Shown: positions 49,697-59,743 of the stretch, one piece after another
Position numbering within the stretch: position 1 is the first letter of the stretch
How the letters are laid out: the number at the start of each line of letters is the position of its first letter
NCBI GenBank assembly: GCA_963774265.1
Contig: CAVZDU010000001.1
Span: 480,001 to 544,000 of the forward strand
Direction: 5' to 3'
Source of the DNA: an uncultured Chloroflexia bacterium
GTDB lineage: Bacteria; Chloroflexota; Anaerolineae; CG2-30-64-16
Length of the DNA stretch: 64,000 nt
Position numbers and translations under genes: made by a program
Notes under the pieces: generated by a model
The model's database searches: none
What the model saw: the letters and a program-made list of their open reading frames with translations, nothing else
What the model was told of the DNA's origin: nothing

Positions 49697-51835
49697 ATGA
49701 GCCGTAGCCGTCGGATTTATCTCTATAGCGTGGCTTTGTTTGGGCTGGTGGCCTCGCTGGTCGGTCTTATCTCATTTTTGTGGCGCGTCGGAAGCACGCG
49801 TGTGGCTGCGCTGTTAGCCCTGGAGCCGCCGGAAGGGCTGCTCGGCACGTCCGCATTGCCGTGGCTGCTCCTGTTCCTGCTTGCGCTCGCCACGTGGATT
49901 TTTCACATCGTCATGGCGAACCAGGCCGCACGGCCGCTCACCATGGCTGCGGCCGCCGAGCGCGCGTCGCCGGAGCGCAAGGGCTATTTGTATCTGGGGC
50001 GACTGGCGGCCGTGGCCGCCCTGGTTGTGCAACTCTGGCTGCTGATCCGCGCAGTGGTGAGTGCGTTTCTCGATAGCGGCGTGGAAGGGTTGCGCACAGA
50101 GGCTGCGTGGTCAACCGCTTTGGTGGCTGGCGTGGCGGTCGCCTTGGCCTACTGGTTAGTCTTGCGCTACGAGGCCCGTCGTGATGGGGACCTCGGACAA
50201 GAGCGGGTTGGCGCCGTGCTCTGGCGGCGCGCCTACACTTACCTGGCCGCCCTGGCCGGCGCCGCGTTGGCGTTTGGCGGCGGCGGCGAGCTTCTGCGAG
50301 TGGGCATCCGCCTCCTTTTGACCCCCCTCAGCGGTGATGTGTCGTGGCACGCGACCGCCGCAGGCGCGTTGGCAGCACTGGTCCTCGGACTGCCGCTTTC
50401 CAGCCTGGCTTGGGCCGCGGCGAATCGGGCCGCAAGAGCGAATCCTGCTGCCGAGACGAATGCGCTCAGCCGCGTCTTGCTACGCCACACCGGGGTGCTG
50501 GTGGCCACTCTCATAACGTTGGTCGCGTTCGGTTATCTGATAGAGCAGGTCATCTTGCGCGCCATCAGCCGGCCTGAGGGCGCAGCCGGTCGGCCATTGT
50601 TCGGGATCTTTGACTGGCCTTGGGCGCTGGCATATCTGCCGGTCGCTGCAGTGATGTGGATCAACTCCGCTGCCGGAGCACGCTCCGATGCAGCACGGGC
50701 AGGGGAGCGGCCGCGGACCGCGACGATCCGCCGGACGGTCCGTTACCTCCTGTCAGCTGCGTCGCTGGTTGCGTTTTGGTATGGCCTGACACAATTTGCC
50801 CGCCTCATCTTGCAGGTATTTTTGGGTGCTGACGCAAGCAGCGCGACTGCGGCGCAGTGGGTGCAGAGCTTCGCAACCTCCGCGGCGTTCCTGCTCGTGG
50901 GTGCACCGTCCTGGTGGGGACACTGGTGGTCGCAACAGACTCGCGCTCGTGCCGCCGGCGTCCAGGGTTATCATGAGCGAGCGTCGGCTGTGCGCCGCGT
51001 TTATCTGGTGGCGGTCGTGGCCATGGGTGCGATGGTGGTTGTCGCTGCAGCGGGTTTTGGCGTGTTCATGGCATTGAACTGGCAGTCTGCGGGCGCGCTT
51101 GGAGGCGTTCGTGCGGCAGTTGCCGGGGCAAGCGCCGCCGCGCTGGTCGCTCTCTTCTGGACGTTGGTTCAAGGTTTCACTCTGCGCGGGGATATGCGAT
51201 GGCTGGCGCGGGAACGTGCCGCGATAGCGCCTGGCCCATTGGCTGCGCCGGCGACGGCCGCATCCGCCACCACCACGGAGCTCGCTACTGGTTTCCAGGC
51301 GGCGACGGTCATCGCTCCGGTGACGGCATCGGCCGTTGCGACTGAGATTCGACAATATCGTCGAGAGGAGCTTGCACCCATGGCCGCCGAAGCTGGTCTT
51401 TCGATTGAGTCGGAATGGCGTCCCACAAATGCACTGGCAGTCATCGATGGCGTCGATGGCGCGCTTGGCGCGGCGCTCCTCGCAGCCTTGCGTGCGGCCT
51501 TCCCCGATGTCGTGCTGTGGCCCGTGGGGCTGAACGCGGCCGCCCAGGTGGCCATGCTGGATAGCCTGGGTGATGAGCCACCAGCTGTACCTGGTGATGC
51601 GCTGGCACGGGCCGCCGGCATCCTTGCGCCGTCCGATGTGATGCTCCCCGGTGCATTGGAAGGTGAGGTAACGCTAGAACTGATCGAGGCGCTCTCGGCC
51701 AGCTCCGCCAGGATCGTGTTGCTGCCTCCCCGGGATGAGCGACTGCGTTGGGTGGCCGCACCGAGTTGGCCGTTTGAGAAATGGGTGGAAAACGCAGTAA
51801 TCGAGGCAGGCAACATCCTGAATACAGCATCGTAG
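49697..51835 (+). CDS. DUF5671-repeat polytopic membrane protein with a soluble C-terminal domain
   Basis: Repeats of RR.YLY...(TM)...W..HW (RRIYLY, RKGYLY, RRAYTY, RRTVRY, RRVYLV). Confidence 0.7.
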   Translation: MSRSRRIYLYSVALFGLVASLVGLISFLWRVGSTRVAALLALEPPEGLLGTSALPWLLLFLLALATWIFHIVMANQAARPLTMAAAAERASPERKGYLYLGRLAAVAALVVQLWLLIRAVVSAFLDSGVEGLRTEAAWSTALVAGVAVALAYWLVLRYEARRDGDLGQERVGAVLWRRAYTYLAALAGAALAFGGGGELLRVGIRLLLTPLSGDVSWHATAAGALAALVLGLPLSSLAWAAANRAARANPAAETNALSRVLLRHTGVLVATLITLVAFGYLIEQVILRAISRPEGAAGRPLFGIFDWPWALAYLPVAAVMWINSAAGARSDAARAGERPRTATIRRTVRYLLSAASLVAFWYGLTQFARLILQVFLGADASSATAAQWVQSFATSAAFLLVGAPSWWGHWWSQQTRARAAGVQGYHERASAVRRVYLVAVVAMGAMVVVAAAGFGVFMALNWQSAGALGGVRAAVAGASAAALVALFWTLVQGFTLRGDMRWLARERAAIAPGPLAAPATAASATTTELATGFQAATVIAPVTASAVATEIRQYRREELAPMAAEAGLSIESEWRPTNALAVIDGVDGALGAALLAALRAAFPDVVLWPVGLNAAAQVAMLDSLGDEPPAVPGDALARAAGILAPSDVMLPGALEGEVTLELIEALSASSARIVLLPPRDERLRWVAAPSWPFEKWVENAVIEAGNILNTAS

Positions 51836-51837
51836 TG

Positions 51838-51880
51838 ACCGACTTTGATCATCTTTGTTTGCGAGACGATCAAAGTCGGT
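51838..51880. terminator. Long hairpin between convergent genes
   Basis: ACCGACTTTGATC/GATCAAAGTCGGT perfect 13-bp inverted repeat. Confidence 0.65.
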
Positions 51881-51909
51881 GGTTGCGGCTAACGTAAGTT
51901 ATGCCGGTG

Positions 51910-53175
51910 TTATGCGATCTCTCGGAGACACGCCAGGCAATAGTCAACTTCCTCACGCGTGTTGTAATGCGCCAGCCCCGCGCGCACGACCCCGCCGTGC
52001 TCCTCGATCCCCAGTCGTTCCGTCACGGCGATAGCATAGAAGTTGCCTGACCAGACATACACGCCGCGTCGCGCCAAATGTTCGGCGACTTCATCGGGGT
52101 GTCTTCCGGCGATCCGGAACGCGGCAGTCGGCGTCCGCGAGCCAAATCGGCCCGGGTCACTGATGCCGTAGAAGGTCAGGCCTGGGATGGCTAATAGCCC
52201 TTCAACGAAGGTCGTGAACAACTCGCGTTCGTAGCTTCTGATAGCGACCATCGCCTTCTTGAGCGCCAGGCGTCGACCGGTGAAGCCAGGGAACTGACCC
52301 GCCGCCGCATCCCCGCAGTGCGCTCCCACTTGCGCCAGGTAATCCACCGCGGCCATCACACCGGCCTGCGCTTCATGAATCTGGGTGCCGGTTTCGAACT
52401 TATCGGGCGCTCCGTCGCCGGCAGGGCGCACCTTGTATGCACGCAGACTCTCCAACAACTCGTGGCGTCCCCACAGTACACCCGAGTGCGGCCCAAAGAA
52501 TTTGTAGGGCGAGCATACCAGAAAGTCACAGCCGAGGGCCTGCACATCAACCGGTCCGTGGGGCACGTAGTGCACCGCGTCCACCCACAGGAGCGCGCCT
52601 GTCTTATGCACGACCTGTGCGATATCGGCGATGGGGTTGATGGTGCCGACCGCGTTGGACGCATAGCCGACCGCCACAAGTTTTGTTCGCGCGCTCAGCT
52701 TACTCTGCAGGTCGTCCAGTCGGAGGGTGCAATCGAGGGGATCGAAGTCGATCTCTTTGACGAGCACACCCTTCTCCGTCAGCGCCTGCCAGGGGGCGCG
52801 ATTCGCGTCGTGGTCGAGCCGCGTGATGAGAACTTCGTCGCCTTGCTTGAGGTCGCGTCCTAACGTGCGGCTCATCGCGAACGTCAGGGTGGTCATGTTG
52901 GGACCGAACACAATCTCGCGCGGTGAGGCCGCATTGAGCAGGTCGGCCATGGCCTCGTGCGCGGCGTGCAGCACTGCGTCACTCTCGCAACTGGTGCGGA
53001 ACGCGCCCCCGTGGTTGGCGTTTGTGTGGATCAGGTAGCGCGTCATGGCGTCGACCACCTGTTGCGGCACCTGCGTGCCACCCGGACCATCAAAGTAGAC
53101 CGCCGGTCGGCCAGCGTCAATGAGCGAAAGCGCCGGGAACTGGCCTCGGACAAAGGAAAGATCGAATTCTGACAT
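51910..53175 (-). CDS. Cysteine desulfurase-like protein (class V aminotransferase lacking the catalytic Cys)
   Basis: YFDGPGGTQVP, LDHDAN, DAVHY.PH, CSPYKFFGPH, VWSGNFYA. Confidence 0.88.
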   Translation of the reverse strand: MSEFDLSFVRGQFPALSLIDAGRPAVYFDGPGGTQVPQQVVDAMTRYLIHTNANHGGAFRTSCESDAVLHAAHEAMADLLNAASPREIVFGPNMTTLTFAMSRTLGRDLKQGDEVLITRLDHDANRAPWQALTEKGVLVKEIDFDPLDCTLRLDDLQSKLSARTKLVAVGYASNAVGTINPIADIAQVVHKTGALLWVDAVHYVPHGPVDVQALGCDFLVCSPYKFFGPHSGVLWGRHELLESLRAYKVRPAGDGAPDKFETGTQIHEAQAGVMAAVDYLAQVGAHCGDAAAGQFPGFTGRRLALKKAMVAIRSYERELFTTFVEGLLAIPGLTFYGISDPGRFGSRTPTAAFRIAGRHPDEVAEHLARRGVYVWSGNFYAIAVTERLGIEEHGGVVRAGLAHYNTREEVDYCLACLREIA

Positions 53176-53296
53176 ATCGTATCTCCTGAAGGGATGAAAG
53201 CACCATGATCTTACCGCCAGGCTGGCCGCCGGGCAAACAAGAGCGTGTGATATAATGACTTCGTGCTGTTCAGATATTGTCCGTGAGGTTGACCCC

Positions 53297-53890
53297 GTGG
53301 CAACCCAGGTTCGCCTGTTCGTCAGCGCCGCGCCGGCAGAGGATGGGGCGAGAGAACTTCTCGGTCGCGCCCTTGCGGAGTTTCCCGTCAACGTCGGCTG
53401 GATCATCAAGCGCACGCCGGATCTTGACTCTGTGGCTGAGTGTCACTTGTTTGTTCTGGTACTTGGCCGCGACATCGTCGCGCCGGTCGGCCTCGAACTG
53501 TGGTGGGCGCGGCGCACCGAGAAGCCAATCATGGGTTACGCGGCCGAAGGAAGCCGCACACCTGCCTGCCAGGTTTTCCTTCAAGACAATCTCCCCCTGG
53601 ATTGGCGCATGTATGGCAACCCCACAGGCCTGCGACGAGCATTTCTGCTCGACATGAGCCGTTTCCTGCTTGCGCACAGCGAGCGCTACGGCGTGACCGT
53701 TGTCGAAGTGGAGATTCTGCGTGGGTATATGACCCGCCTGGAAAAGTCGATATCCGTATCAGCTTCCCATGATCAGGCGGACGAAGGGCCACTGACCAAG
53801 GCACTCGGTGCGGGCGGAGGCGGGGTGATCCTCGCCCCCGGTAAGGACACGCCGCGTGGCGCGCGCGTCATAGGTGAGGATAAGTCCTGA
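53297..53890 (+). CDS. DUF4062/TIR-like (nucleoside deoxyribosyltransferase-fold) protein
   Basis: RLFVS at the N-terminus, CHLFVLVLG, GLELWWARR..KP. Confidence 0.55.
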   Translation: MATQVRLFVSAAPAEDGARELLGRALAEFPVNVGWIIKRTPDLDSVAECHLFVLVLGRDIVAPVGLELWWARRTEKPIMGYAAEGSRTPACQVFLQDNLPLDWRMYGNPTGLRRAFLLDMSRFLLAHSERYGVTVVEVEILRGYMTRLEKSISVSASHDQADEGPLTKALGAGGGGVILAPGKDTPRGARVIGEDKS

Positions 53891-53897
53891 CTACGGC

Positions 53898-55761
53898 ATG
53901 AACACCCCATCCAAACTTTCGACGGGCTCGACGCCACCTCCATCGCCCATCGTGGCGCGCCTCCGTGCTCACCGGCTAAGCAGTCCTGTGGATCGCCATT
54001 TGTGGCTTGCGCTGCTGCTGACCCTGCCGGCGATGCTGACATTGCTCGCGCCCGGTTATTTCATGAAGGCGCACGATGCGCGGCACAGCATCTTCTTTCT
54101 CGTTGAGTTTGACCAGAGTATTCGTGAGGGTGCGCTGTGGCCCATTTGGGGGCCGGATCACTCTGTCGGTTTTGGCTACCCAACATTCCTGGTCTACGCG
54201 CCCCTGGCTTACTATGTTGGTGAGGTCTTCCATCTGCTCGGCATGGGCTTCGCGGCTGCGATCAAAGCCACCTGGGCGCTTGGGTTCTTGGTCGGCGCCG
54301 CAGGCGCCTATCGGCTCGCCCGGTGTTGGTTCAGACCGGCGATCGCACTGGTCGCCAGCCTGGCTTTCACCTACGCCCCTTATCACTTGTCACAGATCTA
54401 TGTTCGCGCCGCACTGGCCGAGTTCATGGCGCTGGCCTGGCTGCCCTGGACGGCGCTGGCAATGCTGCTCTTGTGGGACGATCCCCGTCCGCGTCGGCGC
54501 CGCGCTTGTCGCCCTGTCACTGGCCGCCCTGATGCTGTTCCACACGGTGTCAACATTGACTTTCGTTCCCTTGTTGGCCGGTCTGTTGATCGTAGTGTTC
54601 TGGCGGGACTGGAGGCAAGGACGACCATCGGGGCGTGGTTTGTTCGCACGGATCCGCGAACCGGCGGCCGTTTGGACACTACTTGCCTTGACACTGGCCG
54701 GGCTGCTTGCCTGCATCTTCTTTGTTCCTCTGCTGCTGGATCGGGCCGGCGTGGCCGAATGGCAGTGGGTGAACGAAACCTATAGCTACCGCCTGCACTT
54801 CGTTTACCCCAGTCAGTTCCTCGACCCGACATGGGGCTACGGCTATTCGGTCGAAGGACCGGGCGATGGGATGAGTTTTCAGGTCGGCATCGTGACATTC
54901 CTGCTGGCCGTCTTGGGCGCCGCTGCAGGGCTGAGCAAGCGGCGTGGGCATCCGATGCCACGGGCGCTTGCCGCGTATTTCGTGGTGGCAACGGTGATCG
55001 CGATCTTCATGATGACGCCCCTGGCCGGACGGCTATGGGATGTCCTGCCGCTCGTTGCAATGATCCAGTTCCCTTGGCGGTTACTGTCGGTCACGGTGTT
55101 TACCGGCGCACTCCTCGCGGCGCGCGGTGTGGACTGGCTAAGCAGCCGCGATCATGTGAGTACAGAAGGATCCGTCAGTCCTTTTGTGTATGGCATCTGT
55201 CTGGCATTGGTGCTGAGCAGTATGCCGTTCACCCGACCCGTCCTTGTCCCGTTGCGGCCGGCAGACGAAAGCCCGCTTGCCGTCTTGGATTTCGAGATGA
55301 CTTACCCCGATATGCGCGGCATGACGAGCTTTTCCGAACGTCTGCCCGCCGACGAGGATTCACCGCTAATCGCCCAGTATCTCGCCGGTCAGCCGCTCCA
55401 GAAAGCAACTATCGCTTCAGGTGCAGGTGAGATCCTGGAACAGGAGGCGGGCGCGCTCTTTGCGCGGGCACGGGTGCGATCGGATGCTCCCATAACCCTG
55501 CGCTTCTACACGTATTTCTTCGCGGGTTGGCGTGCGACGATAGACGGTACTCCTGTCGTGATCCGACCGGATGGGCCGAACGGCTTGATCGCCCTGGATG
55601 TGCCATCGGGAGAGCACGAGGTGGTCGTACGTTTCGGGTCGACGCCTCCCAGGGTGGCCGGGGCCCTACTTTCCGGGCTGGGGCTTGTTGGCGTCGCGCT
55701 GCTGTTTGCGCTGGAACGGAGAAAGTCAGCCCTTATGGGTGGACATGCGAATTTGCGTTAG
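53898..55761 (+). CDS. PTPS-related/YfhO-like membrane protein, third paralog (frameshift near 54497)
   Basis: AHDARH, GFGYP..VYAPL, PYH..IYVRAALAE, QFPWRLL, YFFAGW. Confidence 0.8.
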
Positions 55762-55791
55762 TTATCACTGATTATTATAATCTATTTACAT

Positions 55792-56919
55792 ATGAGCCAA
55801 CCGGAGCCACCCCGGCCATTATACGGCCAACAACGGAGTTGTCCCCATTGCGGGACACGAGTTGCTCAGAAAGCGGAATCCTGTTTCTTCTGCGGTGCAG
55901 TTCTCGAAACCGCGCCGCGTCGTCGTTTGCGTTTGCCCTGGGCTGATCTCTTCCTTTTCGCTGCCATTGCTGGCGTGTTAGCCGTCTGGTGGTTGCACGC
56001 ACCTGAGTCGCCGGACTCGCGGCAGGATGTCCTCAGCACTCAACGAACGGTCGAGACGCCGACAGTCGCTATGGTGGCAGCACTTGAGTTGGACGACCCA
56101 ACCGCCACGCCCCAGCCCACGCCGATGCCCACTGCGACCACAGTTCCCACCGAGACATTTGTTCCTGTCCCGCTCACGCCGGTGGGTCCGGTCCGCCACA
56201 AAGTCAAGTCAGGCGATACGGTGTCCGCTATCGCGGCCCTCTACGGCTCGACCAGCGGCGAAGTAATCCAGGCAAACGGTTTGAGTGCCGATGGCCGGCT
56301 GAGTGTCGGCCAGGAACTGCTGATACCCGGGGCCGGCGGGTCAGGGGGCGCCGGGCCAACCACGACGCCGGGACCGGCTGGCCTGATGGTCACCGTGAAG
56401 TCTGGCGACACGATTAGCGGGTTGGCAGAACGCCACCAATCACGGATCGATTGGATCATGCAGGCAAACGGCATCAAGGCGGGCGAGACGCTGCACATCG
56501 GGCGCGCTCTCCTGATACCCTTGATTCCTGCAACACCCACCCCGACGCCGACAATCCCTACGACACCGCTACCCGACACGCCCACAGCGACCCCGGGATT
56601 GGCAGCGCCACAACTCCTGACGCCTGGTGATGCGGCGACCATTGCCGGTGAAGACTCGGTGTTGCTGAGTTGGACATCTGTGGGTGTGCTGGCGCCGGAA
56701 GAGTGGTATGTGGTGACGCTCAAGTCACCGGAGAAAGAGACGTCGATCGCCACGTGGTGGACGAAGAGCACCTCTTGGCGGTTGCCCGCGGAGTATCGTC
56801 CAACCGGCAGCGCGGGGGTGGATTACACCTGGCGCGTGCAGGTTCGCAAGGGCGGCGCGGACCAGCCAGGCGAAACCGTCAGTCCGCCGAGCGCAGGACG
56901 GCGCTTCACCTGGCGCTAA
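55792..56919 (+). CDS. Zinc ribbon - TM - two LysM - Fn3-like protein
   Basis: CPHCG..CFFCG, TM, two VKSGDT(V/I)S LysM repeats, PT linkers. Confidence 0.85.
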   Translation: MSQPEPPRPLYGQQRSCPHCGTRVAQKAESCFFCGAVLETAPRRRLRLPWADLFLFAAIAGVLAVWWLHAPESPDSRQDVLSTQRTVETPTVAMVAALELDDPTATPQPTPMPTATTVPTETFVPVPLTPVGPVRHKVKSGDTVSAIAALYGSTSGEVIQANGLSADGRLSVGQELLIPGAGGSGGAGPTTTPGPAGLMVTVKSGDTISGLAERHQSRIDWIMQANGIKAGETLHIGRALLIPLIPATPTPTPTIPTTPLPDTPTATPGLAAPQLLTPGDAATIAGEDSVLLSWTSVGVLAPEEWYVVTLKSPEKETSIATWWTKSTSWRLPAEYRPTGSAGVDYTWRVQVRKGGADQPGETVSPPSAGRRFTWR

Positions 56920-57631
56920 ACACCCCGTACAGATTCAGGTTTCCCTCGTGGCCATCGGAGAAAAAGGTCTCGGTGCAAATCAGACCGGCTTCGGTGGCCG
57001 TAGTTTTTAGCGCTGGCTCGTCGATGAAGGCGCAGTAGCGCAGGCCGGGTGCACCCTCCCCCCAACCCATGAGGTGGTCCCCTGATTCTACGCTGTTTTC
57101 CGATATCCCGGCCACTTCCCATGGTGCTATACGCCTACGTAGTCGCTCCGACGTCATAAACTGCCAGGTTGAGATGATCAGGCAGCGGTCGGGCGCGAGC
57201 AGGTCTGCACACTGCCTTAGGAATCGTCTTCGATTTTGGGCGCCGGGGATGTGGTGCAAAACAGCGAGACTGACCAGTGAGTCGAACGTGCCCGTGATCG
57301 TCTGGGTCCAGTCATCAGTGAACAGGTCCGAGACGATGAAGTGCGAGGGAATTTGAGGATGCGCCTGCGCGGTCGAAAGCGCCTGCAGGAGGAGGTTCTC
57401 GCTGCTGTCCACTCCCGTATACTTCCCCTGCCAATTGTTTGCGCCCAGGAAGCCGAGTAACCGGGCATTCCCGCAGCCTAAATCCAATACGTTGGAAGCA
57501 GTCTGCAGATAAGGTAGAATACGATCAAAGCCCGGGGGCCAGGACCGGCGCGTGCGGGCAAAATCGCCGGCGAACTGGGTATAAAACTGTCGATTCAGCG
57601 TCAAGAGCGCTGCGACGGTCTGAGGTTGCAT
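56906..57631 (-). CDS. Class I SAM-dependent methyltransferase (Trm9/ALKBH8-like)
   Basis: FY...A.DFARTR, VLDLGCGNAR, AVLHHIP. Confidence 0.85.
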   Translation of the reverse strand: MQPQTVAALLTLNRQFYTQFAGDFARTRRSWPPGFDRILPYLQTASNVLDLGCGNARLLGFLGANNWQGKYTGVDSSENLLLQALSTAQAHPQIPSHFIVSDLFTDDWTQTITGTFDSLVSLAVLHHIPGAQNRRRFLRQCADLLAPDRCLIISTWQFMTSERLRRRIAPWEVAGISENSVESGDHLMGWGEGAPGLRYCAFIDEPALKTTATEAGLICTETFFSDGHEGNLNLYGVFSAR

Positions 57632-59360
57632 GGATACTAAGACTCAACAGACGTGGCGGCCTCGCGGCCGTGACTTCGACGTAGCGCAACATAGAGAGAC
57701 GCTGCAGTCGATCTTCGATGCTGTGCGACACGCGCGGCACTGGGATGGGCACAGCTTGTCGCGCATCTTAGCACAGCATCCGCGGGTCGACAAGGCCTCG
57801 GTCGCGGCCGGGGAGAACGGCTACTACTCGAAGATTGACCTGGTGCAGGCCTACAAACAGCTTACCTCGACGGGTGAGTTGCCCTTCGAGCGGCATGTAA
57901 TGCGCCGATTGCAGATGAAGCCGGTCCGGACCTCATCGGGCGTGGCGCCCGTCACGGTGTTGACCAGGCCCGCCGGTTGTCCAGGGCATTGCATTTTCTG
58001 CCCGGACGCCGAGGGTATGCCAAAAAGCTATCTGCCGAACGAGCCGGGTGCGCGTCGCGCAGCTCAGTGCGAATTTGACCCGTACCGGCAGGTGATGACA
58101 CGTCTTGCGACATTCAAGGCCATGGGCCACACCGCCGACAAGGTGGAGTTGTTGATTCTCGGCGGCACTTGGAGCGCTTACACCAGGCCGTATCGCCAAT
58201 GGTTCGTGCAGCGCTGTCTGCAGGCGATGAATGAAGCCGCGGGAGAACCAGCGTCGCCGGACAGCAGCGTCGCAGGTACTGAAGCCGTCGACTGGCCGGT
58301 CTTGCAGGCAACGCAGGCAATGAATGAGCATGCCGTGCATCGCAACGTCGGGCTGGTGGTGGAAACTCGCCCGGATTGGGTGACTCCGGCTGAGGTCACT
58401 CACATGCGCCGGCTCGGCGTGACAAAGGTCCAACTGGGCGTGCAGAGCCTCGATGACCGTATCCTGGCGCTTAATCAAAGGGGGCACGACGTGGCTGCTG
58501 TGCGTCGCGCAGTTCGTCTGCTCCGCGCGGGAGGGTTCAAGTTGCACTTGCACTGGATGCCCAATCTCCTTGGCGCCACGCCTGAATCGGATCGGGAGGA
58601 CTTTGATCGCCTGTGGTCGGACCCTGCACTTCGGCCTGACGAGCTTAAGATTTATCCCTGCTCCATCATCGAAGGGACTACCCTGTATGACCTGTGGCAA
58701 GCGGGTCACTTCAGGCCCTATACGGATGATGAACTGGTCGCGTTGGTGGCCGATTGCAAGGTGACGATTCCGCCATATTGCCGGGTCAACCGGGTGTTCC
58801 GTGATATTCCGGCTGATGACATTGTGGCCGGCAGCAAACGTTCCAATCTCAGGCAATTGGTGCAGGGGCACCTTTCCCAGGGCGGGAGGCGCTGCATCTG
58901 TATCCGCTGTCGTGAGATTCGCGATACGCGCTTCGGCGAGAGCGACCTGGCGTTGGCCGGGTATGACTATGACACGGACACGACGCGCGAGCACTTCTTG
59001 AGTTATGACACTCCAGACGGCCGTCTCGCCGGCTTCTTGCGCCTGTCACTGCCCCGCATCGGATCGGACGGCTCAGTTCCACCGGAAGTTGCTGAGGTGT
59101 GGACTGCCATGCCCGAGATTGCCGGAACGGCCATGATTCGCGAGGTGCATGTGTACGGTCCGGCTTTGAGTATTGGCTCGGATAACGCTGGCGAAGCGCA
59201 GCACTCGGGTCTTGGGCGCCAACTCATCGAGGAGGCCAAGCAGCGCGCGCGTGTGGCCGGTTTTGACCGCCTGGCCGTGATTTCAGCAATCGGCACGCGC
59301 CGCTACTACGAGGTCCAGGGCTTTGAGCGCTTTGATCTCTACATGGTTGCTTCGCTTTAG
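57630..59360 (+). CDS. elp3: Elp3 radical SAM/KAT tRNA wobble-uridine acetyltransferase
   Basis: RTSSGVAPV, CPGHCIFCP, PKSY, LGGTW, ETRPD, LKIYPC, CIRCRE, IREVHVYG, QHSGLG. Confidence 0.93.
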   Translation: MDTKTQQTWRPRGRDFDVAQHRETLQSIFDAVRHARHWDGHSLSRILAQHPRVDKASVAAGENGYYSKIDLVQAYKQLTSTGELPFERHVMRRLQMKPVRTSSGVAPVTVLTRPAGCPGHCIFCPDAEGMPKSYLPNEPGARRAAQCEFDPYRQVMTRLATFKAMGHTADKVELLILGGTWSAYTRPYRQWFVQRCLQAMNEAAGEPASPDSSVAGTEAVDWPVLQATQAMNEHAVHRNVGLVVETRPDWVTPAEVTHMRRLGVTKVQLGVQSLDDRILALNQRGHDVAAVRRAVRLLRAGGFKLHLHWMPNLLGATPESDREDFDRLWSDPALRPDELKIYPCSIIEGTTLYDLWQAGHFRPYTDDELVALVADCKVTIPPYCRVNRVFRDIPADDIVAGSKRSNLRQLVQGHLSQGGRRCICIRCREIRDTRFGESDLALAGYDYDTDTTREHFLSYDTPDGRLAGFLRLSLPRIGSDGSVPPEVAEVWTAMPEIAGTAMIREVHVYGPALSIGSDNAGEAQHSGLGRQLIEEAKQRARVAGFDRLAVISAIGTRRYYEVQGFERFDLYMVASL

Positions 59361-59473
59361 CATGGGTCAATGGCGCCGGAACTGTTTTTGATGGACGGTC
59401 CGATATGCTATACTTGCGCTGTTTTATGAGGCGAGCGTGAGCCCACCAATTGCACGGAAAGAAGGAGCAACAC

Positions 59474-59695
59474 ATGAACGCTGGGAAGTTCCTGGAGGGC
59501 CTGGTGTTGGGTGCGTTGACCGGCGCGGCGATGACCTTGTTGATGGCGCCTGAGTCAGGCAAGGACATGCAAGAGACGATCAAGCAGCGGTTCAATATGG
59601 TGGTTGACGAGGGCAAGCGCGCCTCGGCGGAACGACGCGCGGAACTCGAATCTCAGTTCGCCCAGGCCCGGCAGTCCGCTCGGCCGATCCTGTAA
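59474..59695 (+). CDS. YtxH domain protein
   Basis: FLEGLVLGALTGAAMTLLMAPESG. Confidence 0.85.
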   Translation: MNAGKFLEGLVLGALTGAAMTLLMAPESGKDMQETIKQRFNMVVDEGKRASAERRAELESQFAQARQSARPIL

Positions 59696-59743
59696 GGGGA
59701 GATCCGATAGACGCAGCCACGGGCTGATGAGGGAGGCATACTC

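Noticed and set aside
51910-53175. Canonical IscS/SufS or selenocysteine lyase
   Set aside because: The catalytic Cys loop is replaced by SGNFYA, so only a desulfurase-like call is supported
57933-58994. Long antisense ORFs (353 aa here; also 38174-39154, 40096-41052 and others)
   Set aside because: Shadow ORFs expected opposite high-GC coding genes; no motifs or RBS
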